From: Gammaproteobacteria bacterium
GTDB taxonomy: Bacteria > Pseudomonadota > Gammaproteobacteria > Eutrophobiales > Eutrophobiaceae
Direction: 5' to 3'
Length of the DNA stretch: 64,000 nt
Assembly: GCA_965116495.1 (NCBI GenBank)
Contig: OZ220696.1
Coordinates: forward strand, 4,224,001-4,288,000
The position numbers and the translations under genes were made by a program. Below the pieces are notes generated by a model. That model saw nothing but the letters and a program-made list of their open reading frames with translations, was not told the DNA's origin and made no database searches. Shown here in pieces: positions 60,598 to 64,000 of the stretch. Position 1 is the stretch's first letter, and each line of letters starts with the position of its first letter.

Positions 60598-60651
60598 GCC
60601 CGCTGAAGCGGCGAAAATCGTAATCTGCTGAAGATGAGGCAATTCAGGAGG

Positions 60652-60701
60652 AAATTTGGGACACCCATAAATTGCGGGTAATTTATGGGTGTCCCAAATT
60701 T
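60652..60701. repeat. REP-like palindrome, copy 3, overlapping the recQ stop codon
   Basis: aaatttgggacacccataaatt…aatttatgggtgtcccaaattt. Confidence 0.85.
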
Positions 60702-62494
60702 TCCTGGTGGGTGCGGATGACGGTGAGGAAGGTATCGCCGTATTTTTCCAGTTTGCTCTGGCCTACGCCGGTGACTTGAAGCAGTTCATCCGGGGTGGCG
60801 GGGAGGGTGTTTGCCATTCCGATGAGGGTGGTATCGTGGAAGATTACGTAGGGGGGCAGGCTTTGTTCGACGGCCAGTTGTTTGCGGCGGGCCTTTAGTT
60901 TTTCCAGCAGGTCGGGATCGGTGGTCTGCACGGGGGTTTTATCGCGTTGTTTGCGGGGTGGTTTTTTGAGCTTGTCGTCTTTGCGCAGGAATACCTGGGT
61001 CTCGCCCTGCAGCAGGGGTTTGCTCTGTTCGGTCAGCAGCAGGGAACCGAAGCCTTTCATATCGACGGTTAAAAAACGGCGTGCGATCAATTGCCGGAAC
61101 ACGGAGCGCCATTGCTGCATGTCCAGTTCCTCGCCGATGCCGAAGGTGCTGAGGCGCTGGTGGTTGAACTTCCTCACCTTGTCGTTTTCCTTTCCCAGCA
61201 GCACGTCGATCAGGTGCCTGGCGCCAAAGCGCTGGCCGCTGCGGTAGACGCAGGACAAGGCCTTGCGCGCGGCAGTCGTGCCGTCCCAGGTCGCGACCGG
61301 ATGCAGGCAGGTATCGCAGTTGTCGCAGCGGGCCGGGGATTCCTCGCCGAAATATTGCAGCAGGACATGGCGGCGGCAACTGGTGATTTCGCACAGGCCC
61401 AGCATGGATTCGAGTTTATAGCGTTCGATGCGTTTATGGTTTTCATCCGCGTCCGATTGCTCCAGCATCAGCCGCAGCTTGACTACGTCTTCCAGGCCGT
61501 AGACCATCCAGGCGTCGGCGGGCGCGCCGTCCCGTCCCGCCCGCCCGGTCTCCTGGTAGTAAGCCTCGATACTCTTCGGCAGGTCCAGGTGGGCGACGAA
61601 ACGCACGTCCGGTTTGTCGATCCCCATGCCGAAGGCAATGGTGGCGACGATGATGATCCCGTCTTCCTGCAGGAAGCGCTGCTGGTGCCGGGCGCGCGTA
61701 CGCGCGTCAAGCCCTGCATGGTAGGGCAGGGCCGTCCTGCCCTGCTTGTCCAGCCAGCCGGCGATGGCCTCGGTTTTTTTGCGGGACAGGCAATAGACGA
61801 TGCCGGCGTCTCCCTCGTGTTCCGTCTCCAGGAACTGCAGCAACTGCCGGCGTTCCTCCAGCTTAGTTGTAATCCGGTACTGAATGTTGGGACGGTTGAA
61901 ACCGCTGATAAATACCTTCGCCTGGTTAAGACCCAGGCGCGCCCGGATCTCGTGGCGGGTCCGTTCATCCGCCGTCGCGGTCAGGGCAATGCGGGGTATC
62001 AACGGGAACCGCTGGTGCAGTTGATCCAGGGCCAGGTAGTCCTTGCGGAAATCATGCCCCCATTGCGAGACGCAGTGAGCCTCGTCGATTGCAAACAGGG
62101 CCACCTGCGTCCGTTCGAGCAACGCCAGGGTGCGCTCCTGTAACAGGCGTTCCGGGGCAATATAGAGCAGGTCCGCGTCATTGTTCAGCAGTGCCTGTTC
62201 CGTTTCCCTGGCTGCCTGCGGCGGCAGGGTCGAATTGAGGTAGGCGGCTTTGATACCAAGTTGCAGCAGGGCGCTGACCTGGTCCTGCATCAGGGCAATG
62301 AGTGGCGAGATGATGATGCCTGTGCCCGGGCGGATCAGCGCCGGGACCTGGTAACACAGTGATTTGCCGCCGCCGGTGGGCATGAGGACCAGTGCATCGT
62401 CCCCGGCGAGCAAGGTGTTGATGATGTCCTGCTGGTCCCCGCGAAAGTTCCGGTAGCCGAACGTATTGCGCAGAATATCCAGTGCCTGTTCCAT
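60683..62494 (-). CDS. recQ: ATP-dependent DNA helicase RecQ
   Basis: [36 protein letters not shown], plus RQC and HRDC domains. Confidence 0.97.
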   Translation of the reverse strand: MEQALDILRNTFGYRNFRGDQQDIINTLLAGDDALVLMPTGGGKSLCYQVPALIRPGTGIIISPLIALMQDQVSALLQLGIKAAYLNSTLPPQAARETEQALLNNDADLLYIAPERLLQERTLALLERTQVALFAIDEAHCVSQWGHDFRKDYLALDQLHQRFPLIPRIALTATADERTRHEIRARLGLNQAKVFISGFNRPNIQYRITTKLEERRQLLQFLETEHEGDAGIVYCLSRKKTEAIAGWLDKQGRTALPYHAGLDARTRARHQQRFLQEDGIIIVATIAFGMGIDKPDVRFVAHLDLPKSIEAYYQETGRAGRDGAPADAWMVYGLEDVVKLRLMLEQSDADENHKRIERYKLESMLGLCEITSCRRHVLLQYFGEESPARCDNCDTCLHPVATWDGTTAARKALSCVYRSGQRFGARHLIDVLLGKENDKVRKFNHQRLSTFGIGEELDMQQWRSVFRQLIARRFLTVDMKGFGSLLLTEQSKPLLQGETQVFLRKDDKLKKPPRKQRDKTPVQTTDPDLLEKLKARRKQLAVEQSLPPYVIFHDTTLIGMANTLPATPDELLQVTGVGQSKLEKYGDTFLTVIRTHQENLGHP

Positions 62495-62590
62495 GTGTTG
62501 TTTCTCCTGTTAACCCTGTACGGCGGATACGGTCCCCGCCCATTACATTATGACGGAAACCCTTCCGGACAGAAGTTTATGCCTGCACTG

Positions 62591-62887
62591 TCAATCTTTC
62601 AATATTTCCCGCGGGAATTTATCGGCAAACTCACCGTCATCCACGCGCAGGGCCGGTTCCACCATGATTTTCCCGTTGACCGCGCACCAGGGTCGTATAT
62701 AGCGGAATACGTCCTCCGAGCTGTCCGCCTCAAAGGCGGCAATGCCCCAGTGGGATGCGGCCTGTCCTTCAAAGATTACCTTCACGCCAGCAGCGCTTTC
62801 CCCCTTGTGCTCCGAATGTCTCAACGTGCCCTTCGTTACCGCGTTAATCTCTTCCGGCATGATTTCAAAATAACAGATAAATAACAT
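62591..62887 (-). CDS. Small DUF3303-like protein
   Basis: MLFICYFE…G.A.FEADS.E…PW…VEP. Confidence 0.55.
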   Translation of the reverse strand: MLFICYFEIMPEEINAVTKGTLRHSEHKGESAAGVKVIFEGQAASHWGIAAFEADSSEDVFRYIRPWCAVNGKIMVEPALRVDDGEFADKFPREILKD

Positions 62888-62956
62888 GTCAGTGCTCCTG
62901 GTTGTCTTGAAACGGGTCGGGAGGCGCAGGCGCGGCACTTCGCGGATCCGCCACCT

Positions 62957-63961
62957 TTACAGCCGCCATCGGCCTATTTCCTTTGCTTCGATAATGATCG
63001 GGTTCACCAGTGTCCCCAGACCGTCTATGCTGACTTCCACCGGGCCTTCGACAGTCTGGAAATCGGCATGATGGATGGATTTGCGGCCAGCCGAAGGCTT
63101 GAAGGCAGTGCCGCAGGAGATGATATCGCCCGGGTGAAGCGTATGGAACTGGCTGATGAAACTGATGATTTCCGCGACCTTGTAATTATAGTATCTGGTA
63201 TTATCTTCAGCGATTAACTCATCCCCTGTCCTGCAGGAGACATTCAATTCATCCGGGTTCTCTATCTCATCCCCGGTTACCAGCCAGGGGCCTGAACACC
63301 CGAACGTATCGCAACCCTTGTAGCGCCCGGCGTAGGACAGGTGTTGCCTGACCCGTTCCGTCTCATCCGGGTTATCCTTTTTTGCGTACACCGCCCAGTA
63401 TTCGAACAGGTCTTCGGCGCGCATGTCGTTGCCGGTAATATCATTGAAGATACTGTAACCGAACACGGCATCCAGCGCCGCGGTGGCGGGAATATCCCGT
63501 GTCTCCGTACCGATGATAACCGCCAGTTCCGGCTCCGGGTGCACGCTGCCGTAATAGGGACGGATGCGTATGGGCTGTTGGTGCCCTGCCAGGCAGGAGG
63601 CGGGTTTCAGGAAAAACGCCGGGTGTGCCGGCGCGGAGATTTTTCTCTCGTTGCTCGCCGAGTTGTTCATGGCGACGCCGCAGATTTTACCCGGAGACGG
63701 GACAGGTGGACGCCAGCTTACCTGTTCCATCGCGATAATATGCTCCTGGTATCGTTCTTCGGCAAGCATGTTCAGGGCGACGCTGATTTTTTTCACCAGT
63801 TGCTCCCCGCCCCGGATCAGGTCCTGCATCGAAGTCACCGCCAACCCCTTGAATTGAAAAGGCGATACCGAGAGCAGGCCGTTAACCTCCACCAGCCTGT
63901 CCTCGTCAAGACGGACCACGATCCGGTCCTCCCCGCCATGAATGACAGTGGCAAGCTTCAT
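62957..63961 (-). CDS. Fumarylacetoacetate hydrolase family protein
   Basis: PGKICGVAMN, FFLKP, EPELAVIIG, ND.T, GPWLVT, PGDII.CGT. Confidence 0.9.
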   Translation of the reverse strand: MKLATVIHGGEDRIVVRLDEDRLVEVNGLLSVSPFQFKGLAVTSMQDLIRGGEQLVKKISVALNMLAEERYQEHIIAMEQVSWRPPVPSPGKICGVAMNNSASNERKISAPAHPAFFLKPASCLAGHQQPIRIRPYYGSVHPEPELAVIIGTETRDIPATAALDAVFGYSIFNDITGNDMRAEDLFEYWAVYAKKDNPDETERVRQHLSYAGRYKGCDTFGCSGPWLVTGDEIENPDELNVSCRTGDELIAEDNTRYYNYKVAEIISFISQFHTLHPGDIISCGTAFKPSAGRKSIHHADFQTVEGPVEVSIDGLGTLVNPIIIEAKEIGRWRL

Positions 63962-64000
63962 GGCTTCACGGGTTCCGGTATACGCCGGACCGGCGGTCGG

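Overview
This 64-kb bacterial window, probably proteobacterial, has metabolic genes at both ends and a large accessory region between them. The left end (1-3.7 kb) holds the 3' part of FO synthase fbiC and a Rieske dioxygenase alpha/beta pair. The right end (47.5-64 kb) holds a GS-like ligase, a deacetylase, a DRE-TIM synthase, two ketopantoate-reductase-like genes, an M24 peptidase, a DUF255 protein, recQ and an FAH hydrolase. The ~44-kb region between them is a toxin-antitoxin and defence hotspot, with most of the window's about ten intact type II TA pairs, many toxin remnants, IS1634, IS630, an IS3 remnant and a MITE. It is built from repeated modules: two SQR copies, four YHS-like gene copies plus two stubs, a duplicated GS 3' half, and patchworks of gene fragments joined at microhomologies. 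The strongest candidate for a new system is at 39.7-46.4 kb: PfkB-NDT, TIR-TGT fusion, OGG-type glycosylase, QueC and a ThsB-like TIR that starts MGGGSGGG, facing a double-SLATT membrane gene. This resembles the type IV CBASS QueC/TGT/glycosylase module with the cyclase replaced by a TIR protein that may be the deazaguanylation substrate. All calls come from reading motifs by eye; no database searches were run.
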